Source: the human T2T-CHM13v2.0 reference genome, Homo sapiens. Taken from it: a stretch of 64,000 bases of DNA. Under the pieces are notes generated by a model that was not told the origin of the DNA, made no database searches, and was given only the letters and a program-made list of their open reading frames with translations. The stretch is from the NCBI RefSeq assembly GCF_009914755.1, contig NC_060935.1. One strand, 5' to 3'. The translations under genes were made by a program, and so were the position numbers. Below are positions 38,511-51,206 of this stretch, in pieces (positions within the stretch are counted from its first letter, which is position 1; every line of letters starts with the position of its first letter).

Positions 38511-41274
38511 TAAAATGGAAGGGAGAGAGTCCATCTCTATTCCAGGTGCTTGGTCCTGGGGGAAGGTAGGGGAAGGGACAGAGAAGGAAGCAGGAGAGGC
38601 AGCACCAACACCTCTTCCCACCTGTGGGAGATTCTGCTCTCTCATTGACTGGAGCTGGGCTTGCCAGAAAGTCAGATGTGGCCAGTCATCTCTCTCTTGC
38701 CCCACCTGAGGTGAGCTCTAACTGTACCTTCTCCATCTCAGAAATAAACGTGGCCTTTGAGTGGGGACACTCAACAGTCAACTTCCCTGCTTCCCATGAG
38801 GCAGAGTTGCAGAAACCTAGATTCAATCCCTGCTGCACCAGTCCCTTACTAACTATGTGACACTGGACAAGATGTAGCCTCTCCAGCAGTGGCCAACTTT
38901 GTTTCGCTCTTATTACATACCAGGCCCTTGGGCAAGCACTTGCCCCCATCCGTGCAACAACCCCACGAAGTAGCCCATCTCACAGGCAAGAAAACTGAGG
39001 TTCCAAGAGGTTATGTAAGTTGCCACCATCACACAGCTGGCAAGTGGGAGAGCTAGAAGGTGGATGGTGGCAGAGTCTGGGCATTGGCACGTCACCCTCC
39101 CAGAGCACCGGGATGGGGAAAGGAGGTCTCTGGAAAGTATCTATCCAGCACAGGTGGAAACTCAACGCTGATTCTGGGTTTTTTGTCGCATCCCCTTTCG
39201 GAGGGAACCAAACTGTGATTCCTTGATCTCACCACAGGGTGTCTCCACGCCACTACTCAACCAGCCACCCGATGCCTGGGCTACCTTTGGCGCAGCCCTT
39301 CCTCCTGTGGGACTGGCTGCAGCCCTCCTGCTCCTGTGTGGCCTGTTTGCGCCTGTCTTGTCTTCAGCGGGGACAGGCTCTGATTCCTCTGGGAAGCATG
39401 AGGGCTGTCACTGACCTGCACCCCCTGCCTTGTGGGGTTCAGCGGAGTGGCGTGGAACAGAAGTGCTGCTTTCCACGTGGCCTCTTCTCTGCCTCCCCCA
39501 AGTTCCCCCACACTGTCCTGTGTCAAGAGTCACAGCCAGAGCCTCAGTCTCCAGAAGTCACGGCAACAGAGCTGTGGGGAGATCCCACGCCCTCCCATGG
39601 GGGACCTTGACCTGCCTGGAGAGAGGGGCTCGTGCCACCTGCGTGGGGCCCCTCCCCAGTCTGGCTTGGTAACTGCGGACCTCTGTATTACTTCCTCTTC
39701 TCCGCAGCCCATGCTGCCGTGAATGTCCCCGTGTGACAGTTGTTAGAAGGGGAGTAATTACCTCCTTTTGGAAGTTTCAATGAGACCATGTAGGTAAAAA
39801 ACATCTTGCAAGCTCTTCATTGAAATGTTGCTTGCCAAAAATAGGGAAACGGGGGCTAGGTCAAATGACTGTCCCAAAGCCACTCAGTAAGTCAGCGGTG
39901 GCCATAGGATCCTGATCCCAATCTAGCGATTCTCCCAAGAAATCACACTTGACTTTGGGGTGGCCTCCTCTGTGTGAACCTAGTCCAGGGCGTTGAAAGG
40001 GCACAGAACAGAGATCCTCGGGAGGAGGAGGAATCTGGGGATGAAGGAGTTAAGGGGGCCTGGAGCCGGGATGGCTGAAGGCTATAAAGAGACCAGTATG
40101 AGAGGAAGAGGCCAGCGAGGGGCCTGGCTTTGATTAGGCCCCCAAGGCCATCTGGAGAACCAGACGCTGGAGATGGGTTGGTTTTATGGGGGCAGATGGC
40201 ATAAATTATAGGGGCGTTAATGGGGTAGAGGGGTTCCCCCCACAGTGCTTCTGAAAGGGGTTGCATGGGGGGTCCTCGTCCCTAGCAGCCTGGGCCAATC
40301 CCATCTGCTCCAGCCTCTGCTGTGTCTCCCTGCCTGCAGTACAATACCCTCCACAGAAACTGCCCCCAGAGGCATCTGAGAGCATGCTCCAGCACTCAAA
40401 GGAAACAGAGACCCTCTGCTGCCTAGACAGGAGCCACATCAGGACGGTGGTACTGCCTGGAGCCATCATATGATGGGCAACCCAACATCTGGCTCAACGA
40501 ATCCTCAACAGCCAGCCAATTGAGAATGGTCATGTCCCATTTGTCTCCAAGCCAACTGCAGGACTTGAACAGTCATCAGATCACACCCTCAATGGTGAGG
40601 GGCTTGGTGACCATCCTATCCAAACACTTCAACAGAAGCCTAGGGCTACACAGCTAACTGACCTCAGGGCTGGACTTGAAACTTAGACTCCTCACACTTG
40701 AGCCAGTACATTTTCATGACCACTCGCCATCATCACACAGCCTCTCTGGATCTCAGTCTTTTCATCTAACAATCGCTGTTTGGCCTCCCTCCCAGCTGAA
40801 GTGGAATGAAACGTCGGCTGCAAAAGGCTTTGAAAAGTTAAAACCACAACACAAGTGATTGCAGCATTTTGTGAGCAGAAGTTGGGGAGCCCATGGAGTT
40901 TCCCAGGAATGGGCTAGTGGTTCTGCTCTGTGGAGGAGTCCAACTGACACCTCTGGCCCTCACAGGCCCTCTTCATTTTGGCTCTGCTCAGGGACTCAGG
41001 TAGTGCTCAGCCTGAGCCCACATCATTAGGAGGGTGGGTCATTCTGAAAACAAAAACCTCTCTTTGTGCTTCCCAAAGCCCATCAAAAATGATTTTCAGT
41101 CACCCCACTGGGGGAGTTATCCCCATCATTGTATCCCATTCTTGCAAAGGATAGGAAGTAGAATGTGGGGAGCAGGGATGGAGAGTTGACAACCAATTCT
41201 TCCACCACTTCATATGCAATCTTAGCTAGTCAGAAAACAACCTAAACAACGTCTAGCAAACTCGAGGTACATAT

Positions 41275-41720
41275 CTCAAATGCAGCAATTTCTCTTCTAG
41301 AAATCTACCCCTCAGTTATATTAGCACAGATGTCTTTGTACAAGACTGTTCATTGCAGCTTTGTTTGTAATAACAAAGACTGAAAGCAACCTAAATATCT
41401 ATCATTAGGGGATGGAGCAAATAAATTGTGGTACCCATACTATATAACACCAGGCAAAGAATGAAGTAGATTTATAAGCATATACAAATGCAGTCGATTT
41501 ATGTAAGGATCTGCAGGATATATTGTTAAAAACAAGTCATATATGGAACAGTGGAGATACTATGTTCCTGTTTATGCCCAAGAAAAGAAGGTACATGTAA
41601 AGCATAAGAAATTTCTGAATGATACACAAATTCTGTTCATAGTAGTTGCCTCCAGGTTGAGAGACAGGTGGCTTCCGGTAAAGAGGGACTTACTTTTCAT
41701 TATATTCCTATTTTAGCATA
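41275..41720 (+). mobile_element. L1ME-like 3' fragment
   Basis: gcaatttctcttctagaaatctacc...ttcattgcagctttgtttgtaataacaaa...caacctaaat. Confidence 0.65.
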
Positions 41721-44700
41721 TGTATTTGTTCCACTTTTTCAGTTAAATGGAGAGAGGTAGTTAAAAAAAAAAAGAAGTTGGTCTAGAAAAATAACTGCTT
41801 GGACGTAACCACATTTCTGCACTCAATCCACCTTCTGCCTTCCAAGTCTTGCCCCTGCTCCCTTGCACAGCTCTGACCCACTCCAGCCAATAAGCCTCAG
41901 CTTTCATCATAGCCACAAGCCTTGGGGGAAACTGCCCTTCATTCTGCAAGGACTGAGGCCTCCCTGTCATGCCCAGCTGCAAGAAGACTCAAGGGCTCCT
42001 ATACGAGGATCTCAAGTGCTTGGAAAAGGGGTGTTACCCCAGGTGATGCCCTTTGTACAAGCCAAGGGGCTTGGTTTCCTATTAAGCCCGCGGAAGGAGT
42101 GGCAGTTAAACACCAAGCTTCAAAGAGTTGAGGATTTTCAAAAATCGCTTTTGGGGAATCTGCAGCTTTTATTGGAGGTGTCAGACATTAATGAGGGTTC
42201 TGGATCATTCCCAGCCTGCAGAGCCCTCTCTTCCTCTCTTCTCCGCCCCCACTCATTCCAGCAACCAACTTCCCCACTTTGATGAATCAGGAGAGGCTGA
42301 GAGTTCAAGGGGGTATTTCTGTCCCACTCTCAGCCCACCTTCTCCCCTTTTGCTTCAAGAAGATGTGGAAGCTGAAAGGACCCAAGATGGGGGAAGAGGG
42401 TACAGAACTCAAGGGAAGGGCTGGGGAGCAGGTTCAGACAGAGGCAAAAGAACCCAGCCTTGCTTACCTGCTCCTCTGGAAACAGTTTCGTGGCAAAGAA
42501 TTAGGAATTCTGGAGCCGCCCGAATGCCAGCTGGGATGAAACCCTCAACACACGATCACTCCCTCTGGGCAATGATCATGCTCTTAGATATTTTGAGATC
42601 CTTAAATGGAAGGAGTTGTAGGAGCTACATTTTGTCCAAATACGTAGTTACATATGAGCTTTTCTTGACCGCATTTTCAATGCTGATTGAGTTCCCAGTC
42701 TTAGGATGTACCTAGTGAACATGAAAGGTAAGTGGCATATCCAAAACAAAGGTGTGCCTTCCAATTCACTTGGAACAGACAACATGCTCAGAAGTATTTG
42801 TGGAATGAATGCATGCATTTGCATATGCGTGAATGAATGAATGAGCCTGTTTTATCCTTCTCTTTATTTACGAAATGAAGACATTAGATTAGATGTTAGA
42901 AATTAGACACTGGATTAGATTAGACATTTAGTTTAGACATTAGAAATTACTCTTGCTGGTTAGGGATTGGAAACTCTGAAAAGACTATACCATGAGTTGT
43001 TAAAGGAGAGGTCCACTGTCCTACTCATGTTTCAATAAATGACGGATGGATGGATGGATGGATGAGTGGAGGAATATACAGTATTTTGACCCCTGGAGTT
43101 CTAGGGGAAGAATAAGACAAACATATATCATTAGTCCTGCCTGAGGCAGGAGGATGGACAAGATGACCTATTGGGTCTATTTCCAACCCAAGTATTAGTA
43201 TCTATAGCCAGAATGTGCAATCAGAAACATTTGTGGCTAGACCCTGAGAAGATGTCATTACTCAGGTTTCTTAAAAGTTATTTTTCGCTAACTTGTGAAC
43301 AGCCCTCAGGAAACTCAGTCTCTCACACTGGGGCAGGGTGGTCATCTCCACCGCTGGCCCCTGGAGCCCTCTTCTGATGCCAGTAACCATGATGACTCAA
43401 CACGGTCACCCATCAGAGTCCAGGGCTCCTCCATTCTACTCAGAGAAATCCCCTGAAAGAAACTGGGGAAAGAGTTCTGTGCTTTTCTGAACACCTTCGT
43501 CCTGGAGAATGTGTCCCAGGTCAAATATAGAGAAGTGAAATGGAGATATACAAGGCTTATTGGTTCATTCCACTTGAGGAGCAGGTGGATCTTAAGAGCA
43601 ATACACTGGTGGAAAGTTCACTTTTTAACTTCCAAGAACCAACAAAGAAAGGAGCCCACCTGACATTGACCTTGAGATAGACTTCTGTCCCATTCTTCTC
43701 CAGACCTCTTGGTCTCTCTCTTTGACTTCCTACCCTTTTCCTAAAGTCCCTTCTTTCTGGTTGCCTGGACCAGTGTCCCTGCCCCATCCCTTCCCACAGA
43801 AAGCCCCCTTATTGATGGCCTAGCTGGCATCAGTGTGATGGAAGCCTTTTAGTCTCCCATGGGAGAGCTGTGGTTGATGTCCTCAGTAGCCTAGAAGCAA
43901 GCCTGTCTCCATCCATGATGAGCACTAGCTTTTTTCTCAGCACCAATTATCTGGTCTCTTATGAAGAAGGGCTATCTTTCTGAGCTTGTCTTTGACCCTG
44001 CCCCTTATAAAACAATAGCCCCAGCATTAATTCATCTAAGGAGCATCACCCGTTCCTGAGCTTGGCTTATAGTAGAAGTGTCACCATGTCGGTTGTTCAC
44101 TGTTCTCAGCATCTGGAATGACTAATGGTAGTCAGACTAATTCCTAACATCACCAGGATGAAAGGTAGGGAGGCCGCCTGTGAGTTCATTCTGCCATAAG
44201 AATTATCACAGAGAATGATCCATCCAACTAGGTCCTGTCTCTGACAGGGGTGAGGAGCATATGCTATTCTCATGATGTCCCATTGAAACGCTAGTGGGGG
44301 ATGCGTCCAATAGTTTTATTCCCCCAGTTGACATTTATGCATGACTTGATCCTTTGTAGTTTACCCAATGTGTTCATGCACATTGTGTCTTCTAATCCAA
44401 CTTTAGGAGGCTGATAGCATCGTTGTCTCCATCACACAGTAAGGAAGCTAAAATTTGGAGACTTGTCCAAGGTCATATAATTGATAAAAGGCTGAGTAAA
44501 GCCTAGAACACAGGTGCCCTGACCCTTCTGGCTTCTCCACTTTACCCCTTTAAGACATGTATATATTTCACCTAGAAGTCATATTGGTACTGAGACTGCT
44601 ACTACACCAGCTGAGAGTTATAAAACCACTTTCCTCTTCGCCAGACAGGGCTAGAAGCTGGAGTTCTGAAGCTGCAGAGAGACAAAGGCCAGCACTTCTG

Positions 44701-44761
44701 ATCCTCTAAAGCTTGGAAAGAAACCACATCATGAACAAAGACAGCTCATTGTATAATCTAG

Positions 44762-44988
44762 GGAGAGAGAGAAGAGGAGGAAGGGGAAGAGGAAGGAAGG
44801 AAGAAAGGAAGGAAGGAAGGAGCGGGAGGGAGGGAAGGAAGCAAGGAAGGAAGGAAGGAGAGGGAAGAAGGAAGGAAGGATGGAAGGAAGGAGAGGGAGG
44901 GAAGGAAGGAAGGAAGGAGAGGGAGGGAGGTAGGGAAGGAAGGAAGGAAGGAAGAGGGAGGGAGGGAGGGAAGGAAGGAAGGAAGAGA
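44762..44988. repeat. (GGAA)n/(GGGA)n homopurine microsatellite
   Basis: Seen directly. Confidence 0.95.
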
Positions 44989-46812
44989 GACCATCAAACA
45001 ATTCTCTAAAGATTTCTGGGAAATCACATACTCGATACAGAAACTGCATGCACACACATGTGCACACATGCATGCACACACACACACACCCCACACACAC
45101 GTCTGTATGAGGGTGTAATGGAACCAGCATAGGCTCTGGAGCCAGGTGGACCTGGTTAGTTTCCTGGCTCTAACATTACTGCTGTGAGTCTCTAAGTAAA
45201 TCACCAGATCTCTCTAGGTCTCCTTTTTTCTTCATCTGAGAAGCGAGGGAATTAATACCCATCCAAAGACCTCAAAAAGCTCAAGTGAAATGTTGAGCTA
45301 GAGACTGGAGGAGACAGGACTGGGGGACGTGCCCAGTGGGAGGCACAAAAGCCCTAAGGGGAAAGAGTTTGAGACCCTCAGATAACCATCTTAGAAGTCA
45401 CATTGAGGAAACCATTCTCCAGCATTCACAAACCCCAGAAGAAAGGTCACATTCTTTTCTCCTTACGATTTTGATACCAGGCCCAGTTTCCCTCCCTCTT
45501 AAGAATCCTTTCCACCCATCACCACCCTAATGCATCCTCCAGATTTGCCCAGAGGACTCTCAGTTGCCTCTATTCAGCCATGCTGATCTCTTCACCCTTA
45601 GCTTGTTTCTGTGCCAGAACCAAAGCCCCGTGGATGGGTAAACCTGAGACAGGCCTGGGCCTTCTGGCCTGAGCTGGGCCTCTCAACGGCGCACTGCAGA
45701 AACAGCAGCTGAGAGAGAGGGGCCTCACACTTACGGAGGCTAATGGAGGGCCTGGATATGTCAACCCAGAACTGAGATTTGAAAAGGTCCAGGGAGGGGA
45801 AAGGGCCAGGCCCACTGCACTCACTTTACTGACCAATGCCAAGGCCAAGGGCAAAACTGAGAGTCTGAGGTTGTTGAGCAAATAAGCTGAGCTAGCCTAG
45901 AGCTCTGCAAGAGAACAAAAGGAGGTGGAGATGGTGGTAGCCACCAAGGGCCAGAGAGGGAAGCTGGGCATTGATGAGATGGACAGTCTGCAGCCACAGG
46001 TGCCCCTGGACATCAATTCAGTGGACTGAGTCAGCAACCCAAGCTGGAGGCGTGGAGAAGGCGATTGGGCTGGAACAGGCCCCTTCAGAAATAAGCGTGG
46101 GTGATGAGCTGGGAAGGAAACAGAGGCAGCTACATCAAGCAGGCCCCTGGGAAGCTCCAGCGTTAGTGGCCCAGCACTGTTGCCGTGTTCCCAGGGCAGC
46201 TTTGATCCCCAGCACATGGAGTATCACCACAGGGGCCGGCAGTCTCTGTTGGGGGAGCCAGCCCCTCTCCTCCTTGCTGCCTCATTAAATCAGACCCTCC
46301 CCTACTCCCACTCTTCTTTGCGCAATATCTTGGATTTTCTTCTGCCCCCGACTTCCCCACAACACCCCACCCTCACACTCCTTCTTATTCCAGCCTTTCT
46401 CCTCCCTGACTCAGCAAGCGGGGAGCTGCCTCATCCAAGCCTAGAAGGGCAGGAACAGACACCCTTTGAAAGCTCCTCCGTGGCAACCTGCATCCTACTC
46501 CTGGCTGTGTGACCTGAAGCATTCCATGACCTCCCTGTGCATTGTTCCTTAAGAGAAGCGAAGAAGATTCCCGCCAGCCCCTGTACTCTGTAATTCTCAT
46601 CTTCTATGCAATATTAGTGGGGATGGAATCTCCTATATTCTAGATGCTGAGCCAAGGAGCTTCAAGGCACTTGAAGTTCCGAGAAGTTAAAGCAATTACC
46701 CAAGATTGCACAGCCAGGCAGCAACCGAGCCAGGATTTAGAACTGTGATCTGTTTGCTTCAGGCCAGGTACACAAGAGCCTCAGCAGTTATTAAATGATT
46801 GGCTACAGATGA

Positions 46813-47320
<508 letters not shown>

Positions 47321-49557
47321 TAATACACCCTCGGGGTCCTGTGCAGGACCCTGATCTCCTCTACAGGGAGTGACAGGGAAGGACACAGCTCTCACTTCCT
47401 CTGCAACGGGCCCCTGCAGCCCAGAGCTTGGGGCAGGAGCCTGGGGGAATTGGCTTGCGAGGAAGTCCTGGGTTTCCTGGGCATCTGACTCAAGGCCTAA
47501 TTCAGGGGAAAGTTGCCTCCACCCAGCCTGGGCCCCAGCTTTCTCCTGTTAATTGAGACAATGACCCAGCTCCCAGGACTGCTTCCAGCTTGAAAGGGGC
47601 TTTAAGCTGCCGGGATGAAAGGCTGGGGTTGAGTACAAAGCAGCGCAAGCTGTCCTGGGAGTGGGAGGCTGGCCCTGGGCCTTCTCCAGTGCCCCCACCC
47701 CAACAAGGGCTGAGTCACTTCCTCCCTTCTGGCTGGATTTCACCTCAGTCATCCAGACACATCGAACTTTGGAGGGGCAGGTGATGGGGGGTGGAAATGA
47801 GGGGACGGAGGGGCAGCGGATGGTCCCAGAGAGTCAGGCAGGAACCTCAGTCACCACCAGAGGTCCCTATCCCTGGAGGGGAGGGAGGTGCTGAGGTCCT
47901 TGATGCTGGAGGAGCTGCGATCATGCATCATAGCTGCATGACTCTGCTCTTGATGTGTCTGGGGGAGCAGGATGGCTCATCCAAGAGCATCCTTGGTTAC
48001 GCGTGAAGTAACCCAGGAACAAAGAGGCAAGGAGATTTCCCAAGGTCTCACAGTACATCTGAGGAAAGAGCAGATCTGAAACCTGTAGGCTCCCAGAGCC
48101 CCTCCCATGGGCACCCAGACCCCAGATCACTCACTCATGTACCTGTGAAGCTCCCCCATGAGCTCCGTAGCACTGCACTTTGCATTGCGGGGGCACCATA
48201 GAACTACAGACACGGTCTTCGCCTTCAAGGAATTTCTTTTGCTGCTAGACTAATGTCTTATTAGTACCTGGAAGGATCACTAGATATTTCAGGATTTAAA
48301 ACAACAACCAAGAAAGGGATGCTGAGAGGGAATGAGGCAGAGGTGAGAGCTCCTAAGGAAGAGGGTCCCCGGGCTGGCCCCTGCCACCACATCAGCACGA
48401 CAAGGCCCTCCAGGACATTCTCCTCCTGCTGCCCTCAGGTGCATCCATTATACTAAGCTCACCAAGCCGGGCTCCTCGGGTTCTCTTGACCTGGGGGACC
48501 TCAAATCTTCCAGCTCCCAAGGGACTAGTGTTTCCATTCAGCATTCAGCATTCGGACATGTAATTAACAGCCAGAGCCCACTCTGAGCCAGGTCCTGGGC
48601 TATGGACAAAGAAGTCCTGGTCCTTGCCCACACAATAGAGAGGAACCATCTGCAGCCACTGGGCTGAAAGTCGCCTGTGCTGAGCTGGGAGTCGGTACAG
48701 GCAGGATGCTGTGAGGGCCAGGGAAGCAAGTGCGATCGGGTTAACTCAAAGCACAGAAGACAACTCACTTGAACTTTGGAACCAAGACCCTTCCTCTTTC
48801 CCGTTTTGAGCCATCTCCCCCCAATTCAAGGCCTACCCTGTCATTCCTGACCTAGTGGAGGTCAAACTAAACCAGCCTGACCTAGTGGAGCTCAAATCAA
48901 GCTCTAAGCAGTTTCTTCCACTGGGCGCTTTCTCATCCTTGGAAACTCGCCAAGTGGAGATAATAATGGCATTAGTGGGTTGCGTGAACATGTATGAAGT
49001 CTTAGGACAGCACCTAGGTAGGGGGCAGGTGCCTCAGCCATTCTTGTTCCTTTCCTCTTGGTACTTTCAAATCCACGTGTATTCGAAAGCAATGGGAAGT
49101 GTTTGTGTAAACCGTGAAGAAGTCTCCAAAAGCATGGGTGGTTAAAAACCAGCACCCTAGCGTAAGGGAGACTGTGCAGTGATGGTAGTGGAGGGCTTTA
49201 CCACAGAGGAGGTGCAGGCCTTTCTGTTGTTTGAAGTGGCTTGGGTGGAGTCTGGCCCGGAGGCAGGGGGCTCCCTGCAAGGACCTCTCAGGTTCCCTTT
49301 TAGTTGGGCCCATCTGAAGGTTGCAGAGAAGACACAGAGGGGTGGAGTATAAGCGACCCGTGGGCTTGTTTTTGCTAGTTTTCTGGGTGCAGGGCTTGCT
49401 CCTCCTGGCACTGGTCCTTCCTGGGGCCCCCGGCTCCAGCTTGTTAGTTTTAACTGGAACAATTTCCTTTGAACTCAGTTTGAATGAGCATCACCATGGC
49501 GATGGATCAGGGTTTTCACAAGTCGACCTGGTCTTCACCCCTTAAGCAATTAGTTCG

Positions 49558-49778
49558 AAGGAGAAAAGGAGAAAGAGGAGGAGGGAAGAGGGGAGGTGGG
49601 GGAGAAAATGGAAAGGAAGGGAAGGGGAGAGGAGGAAGAGGAGGAAAACTGGAGAAAGAGAAGTAATGAGGAAGGAGAAGAGGACGACACAGGAAAGATG
49701 AGGAGGAGGAGGAGGAGGAAGGTAAGGAGGCTGGGGAGGATGTGGCAGGAGGAGGGAGAAGGTAGGAAGTAGAGGAGA
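49558..49778. repeat. GA-rich low-complexity tract
   Basis: Seen directly. Confidence 0.9.
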
Positions 49779-51045
49779 ATCATTCTGCCAGGCTAAGCCC
49801 AGGGGCCTAGAGTACTCCAGAGGCCCTTGACCTTCCCAGCCTTTCCCACAGCCCCACCTACTGGGAGAAGCCAGAGAAGCAAAGGAACCAGATCTTTGAC
49901 CTGCAGCCTGAGAGGAAGGACACTGTTCCAACTTTCTGCAGGGTCACCCAGGAGCCTGCTCATGAGCAGTCAGCACCCAGGCGACAAGCCCACCTTCATT
50001 CAGCCTCTTTCTCCTGCAAGACCAGGCTAGGAGGACACAAGAGCAGGGGCTTCGAGTCTGAGAACTGAGGAGAGGTGGCGGGTCCCCTAGGTACTTGCCC
50101 TAGAACCTTGGGCAAGCCAGCAGCCTCTGTCAAATGGCAAGGATGGCTCCTCTTCCTTGGGTTCAGGGAAGGAGTGTCAAGTGAGAAGGCTGGTTGCTCA
50201 CAGGGGTTCTGTGCACTCCGAGAGCCCTGGCACAGACTCCACATGGTCTCCAGGGGCTCACTGCTTGCCTGCTTGTCAGCTCTCTCACTTGGCTGGGAGC
50301 TTCAGGGAGGCAGTGACTAGGTCTTCATCATCGTTGAATTTCTAGACACTAGCACAATGCCTGGCATGTTACATAGGCAATAAGTATTTTTCTGATGAAT
50401 TAATGATTGATGAATTATTGTTATTTTTCCCAAAAATGGGTGGCAAGAGTGGGGAAAGGAGACTAGCAAGCCTGAACCCACTAGAATTTGATAGAGATGA
50501 GATCTCCCTTTCTTCAGGACTCAGTATGTCCCCATGTCCTCCAAGAGGCCCTCCTGGATTTGCCACCCCGCGCCCCACCTCCCCAGACCCTTCACTCTAG
50601 AGCCCCACTGTGTTCCATGGCCCCTGCCATCATCCCCATCATCATGCAGTATAATCATTGATTCGCTCATCCATTTCCCCAGCTAGGTCAGCTCCATGAG
50701 AGAGGGACTATATCTGGTTCCCCAGGTCCTTGCACACTCCAGGCACGGAGCTGATGCTCTAACCATGTTTGTAAATACACGGACCTGAGTATTCCAGCCA
50801 GGGCCAGGTGTCAGGCTTTCTGAGGCCAGTAAAGGCAGTGCCTGGGGGAAACAAGCCTGTGAATGGAGGGCTCACCACACAGCATGCCAAGTGGAAAACA
50901 GGCCGGGAGAGGATGGGGGCTCCGGAGAGCTATCACTGATATCTACTCTACAAATGACTGAGGAGGAGAGGTGTTTCCTAGGCCGCCAGCCAGAACTCTG
51001 GCTATGAGATATGCCGAAAAGATTTAGGTTAGAAATCAGAATGAC

Positions 51046-51206
51046 AGCCGGGCATGGTGGCTCATGCCTATAATCTCAGCACTTTGGGAGGCTGAGGCAG
51101 AAGGATCACCTGAGGTCAGGATTTTGAGACCAGCCTGGCCAACATGGTGAAACCCTGTCTCTATTAAAAATACAAAAATTAGCTGGGCATGGTGGCAGGC
51201 ACCTGT
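51046..51206 (+). mobile_element. AluSx-like 5' half, 3'-truncated, no poly-A
   Basis: Left arm, linker and first ~25 nt of right arm ending cacctgt. Confidence 0.9.

Noticed and set aside
42128-42715. 195-aa ORF
   Set aside because: Non-ATG start, no domain or exon support; chance ORF
44713-45204. ORFs over the GGAA tract (likewise over TGGA, GA-rich and CA-rich tracts and Alus)
   Set aside because: Low-complexity or repeat translation artefacts
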